Shown here: piece after piece, positions 27,193 through 38,984 of the stretch
Position numbering within the stretch: the stretch's first letter is position 1
Layout: each line of letters begins with the position of its first letter
DNA from: an uncultured Actinomycetota bacterium
Lineage (GTDB): Bacteria > Actinomycetota > Actinomycetes > JAFAQI01
Assembly (NCBI GenBank): GCA_963770565.1
Contig: CAVYQE010000008.1
Span: forward strand, 128,001 to 192,000
Length of the DNA stretch: 64,000 nucleotides
Reading direction: 5' to 3'
Position numbers and translations under genes: made by a program
Notes under the pieces: generated by a model
Seen by the model: the letters and a program-made list of their open reading frames with translations, nothing else
Told to the model about the DNA's origin: nothing
Databases searched by the model: none

Positions 27193-29163
27193 GTGAGGTC
27201 GATCCTCGTCGCCAATCGGGCCGAGATCGCCCGACGAATCTTCCGGACCGCACGGGCAATGGGCCTTTCGACGGCAGCGGTCTTCAGCGATGCCGACGCG
27301 GACCTCCCGTTCGTGCGGGAGGCCGACCAGTCGGTGCGCTTGCCGGGCAACGCGGCCACCGACACCTACCTGCGCGTTGATCTGATCCTCGCGGCGGCCG
27401 GCCTGGTCGGCGCGGATGCGATCCATCCCGGCTATGGCTTCCTGGCCGAAAGCGCAGAGTTCGCGCAGGCGGTGATCGACGCGGGCCTGACCTGGGTCGG
27501 CCCGGCACCGGCCGCGATCGCGGCGATGGGGTCGAAGCTCGAGGCAAAGCGGCTGATGGTCGAGGCCGGCGTACCGACGTTGCCGTGGGCGACCGATCCG
27601 GCCGCTGCGGCCGAGGTCGGGTTTCCGTTGTTGGTAAAGGCATCGGCCGGCGGTGGCGGTCGCGGCATGCGGCTGGTTCGCAGTGCCGATCAGCTCGGCG
27701 ACGCGGTCGAGGCGGCCGGCCGCGAGGCGGCGTCCGCGTTCGGTGACGCGACCGTCTTCCTGGAGCGCTATCTCGAGGCGCCACGGCACATCGAGGTGCA
27801 GGTCCTCGCCGACGCCCACGGCAACGTCGTCTCGCTGTTCGAGCGGGAGTGCTCGATCCAGCGGCGCCACCAGAAGATCATCGAGGAGTCCCCGTCGCCG
27901 GTGGTCGACGCCTCAATGCGCGCTGAACTGAGCGCAGCGGCTGTGGCCGCCGCAAGAGCGGTCGGGTACGTCGGCGCCGGGACGGTGGAGTTCGTCGTCG
28001 CGGACGACGGGTCGTACTACTTCCTCGAGATGAACACCCGGTTGCAGGTCGAGCACCCCGTCACCGAGCTCGTGACCGGGCTGGACCTGGTGCGGCTTCA
28101 GTTGATGGTGGCCGATGGGTTGGCGTTGCCGGCCGAGGCGCTGGCGCCCGAGCTGTCCGGGCACGCGATTGAAGCCCGGTTGTGTGCTGAGGACGCCGCC
28201 AACGGCTTCCTGCCGTCGACCGGTGCGCTGCGCGACTTCGAGATCGCGCCCGGCGTGCGGATCGACAGCGGAGTCGAATCCGGGAGCGTCGTGTCCCCGT
28301 ACTACGACTCGCTGCTGGCCAAGGTCGTTGCCCATGCGCCGACCCGGGCCGGCGCGGCGGCCGTGCTCGCGTCCGCGCTGCGGCGTTCCCGGCTGCATGG
28401 TGTGACGACGAACCGCGACCTGCTCGTCCGGGTCCTCGAAGACCCGGAGTTCCTCGACGGGCGGACCGACACCGGCTTCCTCGACCGCCGGGACGCCGGC
28501 GCGCTCGCGGCTCCGCTGCTCGACTCCGAGCCGGCCCACGCCGTGCATGCGGCGGTGGCCGCGGTCACCCGACAGATCGTGAACCGCATCCAGGCGCCGG
28601 TACTTTCGGGATTGCCGAGCGGCTGGCGCAACAATCCCTCAGCCCGGCAACGGGTGACGCTGTCCGCCGGCGCGGAGCATCGGGAAGTTGCGTACCTCGT
28701 CGGCTTGGACGGAGCGGTCACGCTCAGCGTCGACGGCGTACCGCTCGAGGTCGTGGTGCACTCGGCCGCCTACCACGTCGTCGACGCGACCATCGCCGGC
28801 GTCCGGCGGGGGTATCGCGTCTACGTATCGGCGGACGGGGCCGACGGTCAGACCATCGACGTCGACTCCGCGCTCGGCTCCTCGTCGTACGACGTCGTGC
28901 CGAGGTTCCCGGACCCGTTGGCGCATGTCGTTGCCGGGTCGCTGGTCGCACCGATGCCGGGGACCGTCGTACGGGTATTGGTCGACGCCGGCGCTGCCGT
29001 CGCGAAGGACCAGCCGCTCGTCGTACTCGAGGCGATGAAGATGGAGCACACCGTGACGAGCCCGGCGGCCGGCGTGGTGGTCGAGGTCAGGGCGGCGGCT
29101 GGCTGGCAGGTCGATGCGGGCGAGGTCCTCGCGGTCGTCGACGCCGCACCCCCGCCGAGTTGA
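27193..29163 (+). CDS. Acyl-CoA carboxylase alpha subunit (biotin carboxylase + biotin carrier)
   Basis: ILVANRAEIA, IHPGYGFLAE, GGGGRGMR, ERECSIQRRHQK and FLEMNTRLQVEHPVTE motifs, EAMKM biotinylation site, AGGAG RBS. Confidence 0.95.
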   Translation: MRSILVANRAEIARRIFRTARAMGLSTAAVFSDADADLPFVREADQSVRLPGNAATDTYLRVDLILAAAGLVGADAIHPGYGFLAESAEFAQAVIDAGLTWVGPAPAAIAAMGSKLEAKRLMVEAGVPTLPWATDPAAAAEVGFPLLVKASAGGGGRGMRLVRSADQLGDAVEAAGREAASAFGDATVFLERYLEAPRHIEVQVLADAHGNVVSLFERECSIQRRHQKIIEESPSPVVDASMRAELSAAAVAAARAVGYVGAGTVEFVVADDGSYYFLEMNTRLQVEHPVTELVTGLDLVRLQLMVADGLALPAEALAPELSGHAIEARLCAEDAANGFLPSTGALRDFEIAPGVRIDSGVESGSVVSPYYDSLLAKVVAHAPTRAGAAAVLASALRRSRLHGVTTNRDLLVRVLEDPEFLDGRTDTGFLDRRDAGALAAPLLDSEPAHAVHAAVAAVTRQIVNRIQAPVLSGLPSGWRNNPSARQRVTLSAGAEHREVAYLVGLDGAVTLSVDGVPLEVVVHSAAYHVVDATIAGVRRGYRVYVSADGADGQTIDVDSALGSSSYDVVPRFPDPLAHVVAGSLVAPMPGTVVRVLVDAGAAVAKDQPLVVLEAMKMEHTVTSPAAGVVVEVRAAAGWQVDAGEVLAVVDAAPPPS

Positions 29164-29224
29164 TCATGGCGAAACGCGCGTAGAAACTCGCGAAACAGCC
29201 GCATAACGCCATGATCAACTCGGC
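29154..29224. repeat. Short element with 18-bp perfect terminal inverted repeats
   Basis: GCCGAGTTGATCATGGCG ... CGCCATGATCAACTCGGC; the left arm contains the stop codon of the upstream gene. Confidence 0.85.
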
Positions 29225-29296
29225 ACTACGGTCCGGCACCGGTGGAACGGTTGTTGCGTCTCGTGCGTCCAACCCGCAGTCGAGTTGGAGGCCGAG

Positions 29297-30280
29297 ATGG
29301 CAGAACACAGCAGGGCACGACTAATCGGGTACGGCGTCCTCGCCGCCATCATCGTCCTGATCGTGACGGCGTTCGCGCTCGGCGGCGGCAATGGGTCGTC
29401 GGGGGAGTCGGCCGGCTCGGGGAGCGGCAGCACGATCGCCTCGGTCCCGAACCAGCAAGGCGGACGGTCGGCGGTCCAGAACGGGGCGGGGACTGCGCCA
29501 GAACCTGCCGCGACTGCGTCAGCGGTGTCAGGCAGCTCAGCCAATGGCTCGGTGGAGTCGGATGTGAACGTGGGCCTCGCCGTGGATGCGGTTACCGCGA
29601 CCAGCGTGGTGAAGACCGGCAACCTCGAGCTGCAGGTGGCCCGCGGACAGGTCCAGGCGACGCTCACGAAGCTGGTGAACCTCACCACCTCGCTGGGCGG
29701 ATATATCTCGCAGAGCCGCACCGACACCGTGCTCGGCTCGCCGACCGGGCAGCTCACGCTGCGAATGCCGGTGGCGAGGTTCGACTCGGCGGTCAGTAGC
29801 GCGGAAGCGCTCGGTCACGTCGTATCGCTGACGACCAACGCGCACGACGTGACCGGCCAGGTCGTCGACCTGGCGGCCCGGGTGTCCGCGCTGCAACAGA
29901 CCCGGTCGACGTACCTCACGATCCTGGGTCGGGCGCGGACGATCGGCGCCACCCTCGAGGTGCAGCAGCGGGTCGAGGACACGCAGCAGCAGATCGAGGA
30001 GCTGCAAGGCGAGCTCAAGGTCCTGCGCAACCAGAGTGCCGACGGCACGCTGACCATCGAGGTGTCGCAACCCGGGGCGAAGAACCACGTGGTCGTCACC
30101 CCCCACAAGAGTGGCGGGATCGGCAAGGCCTGGCACACCTCGATCAACCGGTTCAGCCGCGGTTTCGACGCGATCGTCAGCGCTCTCGGCCCGCTGCTTC
30201 TCGCGGTCCTAGTCCTCGCAGTCCTGGGCGCGATCGCCGGTCTCGGCTACCGCGGGGTGCGTCGCGCCACGTCGACCTGA
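29297..30280 (+). CDS. DUF4349 domain membrane protein
   Basis: N-terminal TM, low-complexity linker, VVKTG.L.L.V, GGYI, DVT.QVVDL.AR coiled coil, C-terminal TM. Confidence 0.85.
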   Translation: MAEHSRARLIGYGVLAAIIVLIVTAFALGGGNGSSGESAGSGSGSTIASVPNQQGGRSAVQNGAGTAPEPAATASAVSGSSANGSVESDVNVGLAVDAVTATSVVKTGNLELQVARGQVQATLTKLVNLTTSLGGYISQSRTDTVLGSPTGQLTLRMPVARFDSAVSSAEALGHVVSLTTNAHDVTGQVVDLAARVSALQQTRSTYLTILGRARTIGATLEVQQRVEDTQQQIEELQGELKVLRNQSADGTLTIEVSQPGAKNHVVVTPHKSGGIGKAWHTSINRFSRGFDAIVSALGPLLLAVLVLAVLGAIAGLGYRGVRRATST

Positions 30281-30302
30281 ATCCGAACCGTATTCTGATC
30301 GG

Positions 30303-31445
30303 GTGCAGAAGGATCTCTATGAGGCCGACCACGAAGCGTTCCGGGCGACGGTCCGAGGATTCATGGACCGCTACGTCATCCCGCAGCACGCGGAGTGGGA
30401 GAAAGCCGGCATCGTCGACCGCGGGATCTGGCTGGAGGCCGGCAAGCACGGGCTGCTGGGCTTCGAGCTTCCCGAGGAGTACGGCGGCGGGGGAGTCGCC
30501 GACTTCCGCTACAACGCGGTGCTGGTCGAGGAGATCACCCGGGCCGGCGCGACCGGGATCGGCTTCGGCCTGCACAACGACGTCGTCGCGCCGTACCTGA
30601 CCAAGCTGGCGACCGAGGAGCAGAAGGCCCGCTGGTTCCCGGGCTTCTGCTCCGGCGAGCTGATCACCGCGATCGCGATGAGCGAGCCGGCTGCCGGGTC
30701 GGACCTTCAAGGCATCCAGACCACCGCGGTCCGCGACGGCGACGCCTGGGTCCTGAACGGCTCCAAGACCTTCATCACCAACGGGATCAACTCCGACCTT
30801 GTCATCGTCGTGGCGAAGACCGATCCGGCCAAGGGCGCGCACGGCATCTCGCTGCTGATGGTCGAGCGCGGGATGGCCGGCTTCGAGCGCGGCCGCAACC
30901 TCGACAAGATCGGGTTGAAGGCGCAGGACACCGCCGAGTTGTTCTTCACCGATGTGCGGGTGCCGGTCACCAACCTGATCGGTGAGGAGAACCGCGGTTT
31001 CGTGCACCTGATGGACAACCTGCCCCAGGAGCGGCTCTCGATCGCGGTCGGTGCGGTCGCCGCGGCGGAGCACATCGTGGCGATGACGGTCGACTACTGC
31101 AAGACCCGTACCGCGTTCGGCCGCCCGATCGGCTCATTCCAGAACACCCGGTTCACCCTGGCCGAGTTCGCGACCGAGGTCGAGATCGCCCGGACCTACC
31201 TGGACCGGTCGATCCTCGAGCTGAACGCCGGCCGGCTCAGCGCGACCGATGCCGCGATGGCGAAGTGGTGGACGACCGAGATGCAGAAGCGGGTCGTTGA
31301 CGGGTGCCTGCAACTGTTCGGCGGCTACGGATATATGAACGAGTTCCCGATCGCGAAGGCATATCTCGACAGCCGCGTGCAGACCATCTACGGCGGCACG
31401 ACCGAGATCATGAAAGAGATCATCGGCCGATCGCTCGGCCTCTAG
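30303..31445 (+). CDS. Acyl-CoA dehydrogenase (long-chain type)
   Basis: IAMSEP.AGSDL, LNGSKTFITNG, QDTAELFF, GGYGYM.E and IYGGTTEIMKE motifs; leaderless start. Confidence 0.95.
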   Translation: MQKDLYEADHEAFRATVRGFMDRYVIPQHAEWEKAGIVDRGIWLEAGKHGLLGFELPEEYGGGGVADFRYNAVLVEEITRAGATGIGFGLHNDVVAPYLTKLATEEQKARWFPGFCSGELITAIAMSEPAAGSDLQGIQTTAVRDGDAWVLNGSKTFITNGINSDLVIVVAKTDPAKGAHGISLLMVERGMAGFERGRNLDKIGLKAQDTAELFFTDVRVPVTNLIGEENRGFVHLMDNLPQERLSIAVGAVAAAEHIVAMTVDYCKTRTAFGRPIGSFQNTRFTLAEFATEVEIARTYLDRSILELNAGRLSATDAAMAKWWTTEMQKRVVDGCLQLFGGYGYMNEFPIAKAYLDSRVQTIYGGTTEIMKEIIGRSLGL

Positions 31446-31491
31446 TGCCCGTCTGCCGGGCGTCGAGGTCGCTCGCGCTATGGTCGCCGCC

Positions 31492-32457
31492 GTGACTGGT
31501 CGCTACGGGATCACCTTCCCCTTCGACGGGATTGCGCTGCCCGACCAGCGCTCGATCGTCGAGTCGCTTCCGGACCTCGGCTACACCGACCTGTGGTCGG
31601 CGGAGTCCTTCGGGATGGACGGCTTCACGCCGCTCGCGCTCGCCAGCGTGTGGGCACCACAACTGCGGCTCGGTACGGCGATCATCCCGGTCTACACCCG
31701 CGGCCCGGCCACGCTGGCGATGTCGGCGGCCACGATGGCGGCCGCGGCGCCGGGACGGTTCGTGCTCGGGGTCGGTTCGTCGTCCAACGTCATTGTCGAG
31801 CAGTGGAACGGCATTCCCTTCGAGGCGCCGTACGCCAAGGTCCGCGACACCGTGCGGTTCGTGCGGGCGGCGATCGGTGGCGAGAAGGTGACTGCCGACT
31901 ACGAGACGGTGAAGGTCAACGGCTTCCGGATGGGCTTTGCGCCGCCGCAGCCGCCGACCATCCTGATCGCGGCGCTGCGCAGCGGGATGCTCCGGCTGGC
32001 CGGACGTGAGGCGGACGGCGCGATCGTCAACTGGCTTGCCCCCGAGGACGTTCCGATTGTTACGCCGTACGTGCACGAGGCCGGGCCGGGCAAGGAGGTC
32101 GCGGCCCGGATCTTCGTCGCGCCCACCGCCGATCTCGAGGTGGCGCGCGGCGTCGCCCGGTTCGCCATCGCGGCCTACCTGACCGTGCCGGTCTACCGTG
32201 CGTTCCACGACTGGCTCGGCCGCACCGAGCTGATGGCCGGCATGCAGGACGCGTGGGCCGCGGGGGACCGCAAGGGCGCACTCGCCGCGATCCCGGACGA
32301 GCTCGTCGACGCGTTGGTGGTGCACGGAGACCCGGCGGCCTGCCGCGAGCGGATCCAGGCCTATGTCGAGGCCGGGGTGACCACACCCGTCATCGCCCTT
32401 CTGCCGGTCGGGATCGATCCCGGCAAGGCAGCCGCAGACCTGGCGCCGCAGTCATGA
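31492..32457 (+). CDS. LLM class (probably F420-dependent) oxidoreductase
   Basis: GYTDLWSAE, LRLGTAIIPVYTRGP, GRFVLGVG.SS and LAGREADG motifs. Start is TATGGT + 7 nt + GTG 31492. Confidence 0.88.
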   Translation: MTGRYGITFPFDGIALPDQRSIVESLPDLGYTDLWSAESFGMDGFTPLALASVWAPQLRLGTAIIPVYTRGPATLAMSAATMAAAAPGRFVLGVGSSSNVIVEQWNGIPFEAPYAKVRDTVRFVRAAIGGEKVTADYETVKVNGFRMGFAPPQPPTILIAALRSGMLRLAGREADGAIVNWLAPEDVPIVTPYVHEAGPGKEVAARIFVAPTADLEVARGVARFAIAAYLTVPVYRAFHDWLGRTELMAGMQDAWAAGDRKGALAAIPDELVDALVVHGDPAACRERIQAYVEAGVTTPVIALLPVGIDPGKAAADLAPQS

Positions 32458-33227
32458 GCGACGTCGTCCGGTACGACGTCGATGCCGGCGTCGCGCTCAT
32501 CACGCTCAACCGCCCGGAGGCGCTGAACGCGTGGACCGTCGACATGGGCCGCGACTACCTACGCCGGATCGACCAGGCTGCTGCCGACCCGGAGGTTCGG
32601 GCGGTCGTGCTGACCGGTGCCGGCCGTGGCTTCTGTGCCGGAGCGGACATGTCGTTGCTCAAGGACGTGATGGCCGGTCGGATGCCGCCGCCGGACAGCG
32701 TGCGCCCTGACGACGAGGTGGAGCCGGCTGTGCCCAAGCCGGTGATCGCGGCGATCAACGGTCCCTGCGTCGGGTTGGGCCTCACCCGTGCCTTGTATTG
32801 CGACGTGCGATTCGTCGCTGCCGGGGTCGAGCTGTCGACCGCGTTTGCGCGGCGCGGTCTGGTTGCCGAGCACGGCCAGTCGTGGATCCTGCCGCGGGTC
32901 GTCGGCTGGTCGCGCGCGCTCGACCTGTCCCTGTCCGGCCGCCCGGTCGGCGCCGACGAGGCGCTGCGGATCGGCCTGGTCGACCGGGTCGTCGACGATG
33001 CGCTGGCGGCGGCGCTTGACTACGCCCGAGAGATCGCGCGGCTCTGCTCACCTGCTGCGCTGCGCGACATCAAGGGCCAGATGTGGGGCGATGCCAATGC
33101 CACGCTGCACGACACGATCGAACGCGCTGGCGCGCTGATGCTCGCGTCGTTCAAGAGGGCCGACCTGGCGGAAGGCGTCGTGAGCTACCTCGAGAAGCGG
33201 GCTCCGAACTTCCCGCCACTGACGTGA
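32454..33227 (+). CDS. Enoyl-CoA hydratase/isomerase family protein
   Basis: ITLNRPEALNA, GRGFCAGAD and PKPVIAAING motifs; ATGA overlap with the LLM gene. Confidence 0.92.
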   Translation: MSDVVRYDVDAGVALITLNRPEALNAWTVDMGRDYLRRIDQAAADPEVRAVVLTGAGRGFCAGADMSLLKDVMAGRMPPPDSVRPDDEVEPAVPKPVIAAINGPCVGLGLTRALYCDVRFVAAGVELSTAFARRGLVAEHGQSWILPRVVGWSRALDLSLSGRPVGADEALRIGLVDRVVDDALAAALDYAREIARLCSPAALRDIKGQMWGDANATLHDTIERAGALMLASFKRADLAEGVVSYLEKRAPNFPPLT

Positions 33228-33253
33228 TCCCGCGACCGATCGCCTGACCGGCA

Positions 33254-33300
33254 CGGTTCAGCCGGGGGCGCGAGCGTCCACGGCGCCCCCGGCTGAACCG
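33254..33300. terminator. Long perfect hairpin between convergent genes (probable bidirectional terminator)
   Basis: CGGTTCAGCCGGGGGCGC-N11-GCGCCCCCGGCTGAACCG, an 18-bp stem. Confidence 0.85.
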
Positions 33301-33334
33301 GGTCTGTGCTGTTCCCTTGCCTTGTGATCGGGTC

Positions 33335-33937
33335 CTAGCGGGCCAGCGGCCAGGTCGGGACGACGGTCTTGCCGAAGGTGGAGTTGGTCACCCCGGCGAA
33401 CGATGCGTACCAGGCCGCTGCGGCGGTGGCGAGCCCGACGTACCCTCCCCAGTGCACGAAGGTCATGTTGCTGCGGTAGTTGCCGATCGTCAGCAGGACG
33501 AAGGCGATCGTCAGCAGGACGAACACCAGCAGAACAGCGCCGCTGACCCGCAGTGCCGCGATGGTCATGTAGAAGGTGAACAGGCACCAGCCCACCAAGA
33601 AGGACCCGACCACACTCGGTGCATCCGCAGCTGGGACAGAGGGCAGGAGATGGGTGGCCAGGAACCAGAACGCGATCCAGAACGCTCCGTACGACGAGAA
33701 CGCCGTGGCCGCGAACGTGTTGCCGCGCCTGAACTCCCACATGCCGGCGAGCAGCTGCGCGCCGCCGCCGTAGGCGAGGGCCAGCGCAAGGGCGGAGTTG
33801 ACTGCAGCGGGATAGATGTTGGCGTTCCACAGGCTCAACGCCATGGTGGTCATCGCGAACCCGGCCAGGCCCAGCGGTGCCGGGTCGGCAATCGTCGGCG
33901 CAGCGGGAGCAGGGTGATCTGCAGTCGTCTGTGACAT
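33335..33937 (-). CDS. satP: Acetate uptake transporter (SatP/GPR1/FUN34/YaaH family)
   Basis: DPAPLGL.GFA, YGG.AQLLAGMWEF..GNTF and SYGAFW motifs; directly downstream of acs. Confidence 0.9.
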   Translation of the reverse strand: MSQTTADHPAPAAPTIADPAPLGLAGFAMTTMALSLWNANIYPAAVNSALALALAYGGGAQLLAGMWEFRRGNTFAATAFSSYGAFWIAFWFLATHLLPSVPAADAPSVVGSFLVGWCLFTFYMTIAALRVSGAVLLVFVLLTIAFVLLTIGNYRSNMTFVHWGGYVGLATAAAAWYASFAGVTNSTFGKTVVPTWPLAR

Positions 33938-33940
33938 GCG

Positions 33941-35932
<1,992 letters not shown>

Positions 35933-36007
35933 TTGTTCATCCCTTCGTAACGTTGTGGAGTTTCAAACAGTCGATGACACAGCCGCAACGACCTGCTGCA
36001 GCCCAGA

Positions 36008-36058
36008 CGCCGAACGTGGCGAAGCCTGCGCCGAGCGGCGCTTCGGCAGCGACGAACG
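36008..36058. promoter_or_regulatory. Three 9-bp direct repeats at 21-bp period upstream of acs (candidate LytTR operator)
   Basis: CGCCGAACG (36008), CGCCGAGCG (36029), CGACGAACG (36050). Confidence 0.7.
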
Positions 36059-36091
36059 GTCGGCGTCGTCGCGGCCATCACAGTGTTGAAG

Positions 36092-37858
36092 TTAGGCCCA
36101 GCCGGTTTCCCTCGCCACCGCGGTGGGTGGCGCCATCGGCCAGGTGCGCGGCTCGGGCCCACGCAGCCCTTCGGGCAGGTGCAGGACCAGCATCTTGCCG
36201 GCCACATCGTCGGGAATCGAACCCGGCGTGAGGAGCGAGACCACGATCATGACGAGGAAGCTGGTCGGAACGGTCCAGATCGCCGGCAAGCCCAGCAGGA
36301 CGGCCGGCCAGCCGGTACGACCGGCGCCGAGCATGGTGGCCGAGATCGCCGCCGCCGAGGTGAGGCCGCCGACGACGAGCCCGGCCAGGCAGCCGTCGCG
36401 GCTCAGCCGGCGCCACCAGATGCCGAGCACCAGCAGCGGGCAGAAGGTCGAGGCCGCGATCGCGAACGCCCAGCCGACCAACAGGTTGAGCGAGAAGGCC
36501 CCGACCCGCAAGCCGGCCGCGACGGCGAGCACGCCCGCGACCACCGTGCACCAGCGGAACGTCCGCACCCGGCCGTCGAGCAGGTCGTGCGACAACGCCC
36601 CGGCGACGCTGATCAGCAGGCCGGATGAGGTGGACAGGAAGGCCGCGAAGGCGCCCGCCGCCACCAGTGCGGCGAGCGCGATCCCGCCCGCGCCGGCCAC
36701 CGCGATCTTGGGAAGCACCAGCACCACCGAGTCGGTGTTGGCCGTGACGTAGAGCCCTGGCGCCTCCAGCCGCCCAAGCACCCCGAACACCACCGGGAAC
36801 AGGTAGAAGCAGCTGACCAGCAGCAACACGATCGCGGTCGTGCGCCGGGCCGAGCGGCCGTCCCGGTTGGTGTAGAAGCGCACCAGGATGTGCGGCAGGC
36901 CGACCGTGCCGAGGAAGGTCGCAAGGATCAGCCCGTAGGTGGCCGCGAGCGGATGTTGGTTGCCGGTCCCGGCGCGCGCGAACGGCATCGACCACGAGGT
37001 CCCGCGCAGCTCGTCGAGGCCGACCGCGCTCGGCGCGACTGCTCCGGCCGGAAACCGCAGCTTCGCTCCGGCCGCGGCCGAGTGCCGGCCGGGTGAGAGC
37101 AGGGTGGCTCCGGTGATCGGCGCGCCGTCGAGCTCGCCCGACCCGGTGATCGTGACCGGATGCGTCACGGTGAAGCTGATCGGCTCGGTCACCGACACCG
37201 TCGTCGCGACCGGGAAGGTCGCGCCGACCGGTCGGTCGAGCGCCTGCGTGCGCGGGTGGGTGAGCGCGAGCAGGACCACCGCGGGCACCGCGATCGCCAC
37301 GATTTTCAGCCAGAACTGGAACGCCTGGACGACCGTGATGCCCTTCATCCCGCCGGCCGCGATGTTGCCGGTCACGACCACCCCGAGGGCGACCACGCCC
37401 ACCCAGTACGGCGTACCCATCACGACCTGCAAGGTGATGCCGGCGCCCTTGAGCTGCGGCAGCAAGTAGAACCAGCCGATCACCAGGACGAACAGGGTGC
37501 CGACCTTCCGCAACAGTGGTGAGCCCAGCCGGCCTTCGGCGAAGTCGGGAATCGTGTAGGCGCCGAAGCGGCGCAACGGCGCCGCGACGAGCAGCAGCAG
37601 GACGAGGTATCCGGTCGCGTAGCCGACCGGATACCAGAGCGCGCCGACGCCATCGACATACACCAGGCCCGCCACGCCGAGGAACGACGCTGCCGACAGG
37701 TACTCGCCGGAGATCGCGGAGGCGTTGACCAGTGGCGGCACGGCCCGCGCCGCCACCAGGAAGTCGGCCGGGGTCCGTGCCACCCGCATCCCGCGCGCCC
37801 CCAGCACGACCGTGACCAGCGTGATCGCGACCACGGCCGCGAGCGCGGACTGATTCAC
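36092..37858 (-). CDS. Sodium:solute symporter, cation/acetate symporter (ActP-like)
   Basis: NASAISGEYLSAASFLG, GLPHILVRFYT and AFAIAASTF.P motifs, many TMs, large extracytoplasmic insertion. Confidence 0.9.
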   Translation of the reverse strand: MNQSALAAVVAITLVTVVLGARGMRVARTPADFLVAARAVPPLVNASAISGEYLSAASFLGVAGLVYVDGVGALWYPVGYATGYLVLLLLVAAPLRRFGAYTIPDFAEGRLGSPLLRKVGTLFVLVIGWFYLLPQLKGAGITLQVVMGTPYWVGVVALGVVVTGNIAAGGMKGITVVQAFQFWLKIVAIAVPAVVLLALTHPRTQALDRPVGATFPVATTVSVTEPISFTVTHPVTITGSGELDGAPITGATLLSPGRHSAAAGAKLRFPAGAVAPSAVGLDELRGTSWSMPFARAGTGNQHPLAATYGLILATFLGTVGLPHILVRFYTNRDGRSARRTTAIVLLLVSCFYLFPVVFGVLGRLEAPGLYVTANTDSVVLVLPKIAVAGAGGIALAALVAAGAFAAFLSTSSGLLISVAGALSHDLLDGRVRTFRWCTVVAGVLAVAAGLRVGAFSLNLLVGWAFAIAASTFCPLLVLGIWWRRLSRDGCLAGLVVGGLTSAAAISATMLGAGRTGWPAVLLGLPAIWTVPTSFLVMIVVSLLTPGSIPDDVAGKMLVLHLPEGLRGPEPRTWPMAPPTAVARETGWA

Positions 37859-38238
37859 GTCGGCCGGCTCAGCAGCTCGGCAAAGCGTCGTTCGAGTCGT
37901 TCGGCCAGCCGCACATAGCTCCAGCCGAGCGCGACCAGGATCGGATAGATCCCACCGCCCAGCACGACCAGCGGCAGAGGCAGCCCGTCGATCGTGTCGT
38001 GGATGACGCTGGGGAACAGCTCGGCGACGATCGGCAAGGACCCGATCACCGTCACCGTCAATGCGCCGAAGCCGATGGTCAGCCCGAGTTGCGCGCGAAT
38101 CAGCCCGGTGATGAGGACGTCGCCGTACGGATCATCGGCCCGCAGATCCGAGATGCCCGGCAACGGCCGAGACCCGGCCAGGCCGGCCTGTGGTGCCTGC
38201 ACGACCTTGCGGCCGGGCCGGACCGGGTCGAGGGTCAC
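37855..38238 (-). CDS. Small membrane protein (DUF485-like SSS partner)
   Basis: LIRAQL motif, two TMs, YVR.AER.E; translationally coupled between lytTR and the symporter. Confidence 0.75.
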   Translation of the reverse strand: MTLDPVRPGRKVVQAPQAGLAGSRPLPGISDLRADDPYGDVLITGLIRAQLGLTIGFGALTVTVIGSLPIVAELFPSVIHDTIDGLPLPLVVLGGGIYPILVALGWSYVRLAERLERRFAELLSRPT

Positions 38239-38984
38239 CGCATCCCGCCGCGTCGCGCGGCTCGCACCAGCCGATCCCGCAGTTCCCGGTTGTGCCGCCG
38301 TGACACCGGCAGCTCGGTCTGGCCGACCCGTACCGTCGAGGCGCCGGCTTCGCTGCTGAGCTCAGTAATGTGCCGGATCGACACCAGATAGCCGCGGTGG
38401 ATCCGAACGAACCCGTAGTCCGCCCAGCGCTCGGCCAGCAGCGAGATCGGCAGCCGGACCAGGTGGTTCGCGCCACCGACGGCATGCAGCCGGACATAGT
38501 CGCCCTGCGCCTCCACCCAGGCGATGTCGGAGCGCTCGACCATCCGGGTCGTGCCATTCAGCTCGACCGGAACCGTGCTGAGGTCATCGGTCGGGGCGCG
38601 GTTGGCCGACCGCGACTCCTGGACCCGTTCGAGGGTCTCGCCGAGCCGGTCGGCGGACGGCGGCTTGAGCAGGTAGTCGCTGGCTCGCACCTCGAACGCC
38701 TCGAGCGCGTGCTCGTCGTACGCGGTGACGAACACGACCGAGGGCGGGTCGGAGAACCGCAATAGGAGGCGGGCGAGCTCGAGGCCGTCGAGCCGTGGCA
38801 TCCGCACGTCGAGCATGAGCAGGTCGTAGTTGTGCGCGCGGAGCTTGAGCAGCGCGCCGGTCGCGTCGTTCGCGACGTCGACCGTGCCGACCCGGTCGTC
38901 GGCCCGGAGCAGGAAGACCAGCTCGTCGAGGGCCGGCGCCTCGTCGTCGACGGCGAGGACCGCGAGCTGGCCGGGCTTGGTCAT
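38235..38984 (-). CDS. LytTR family response regulator
   Basis: VDDE, LDVRMP, FVTAY and DYLLKP receiver motifs; GFVRIHRGYLV and LPVSRR LytTR domain. Confidence 0.95.
   Translation of the reverse strand: MTKPGQLAVLAVDDEAPALDELVFLLRADDRVGTVDVANDATGALLKLRAHNYDLLMLDVRMPRLDGLELARLLLRFSDPPSVVFVTAYDEHALEAFEVRASDYLLKPPSADRLGETLERVQESRSANRAPTDDLSTVPVELNGTTRMVERSDIAWVEAQGDYVRLHAVGGANHLVRLPISLLAERWADYGFVRIHRGYLVSIRHITELSSEAGASTVRVGQTELPVSRRHNRELRDRLVRAARRGGMR

Noticed and set aside
29244-29269. ECF-type promoter GGAACG-N16-CGTC before the DUF4349 gene
   Set aside because: It is plausible but a single short match, not strong enough to list as a feature.
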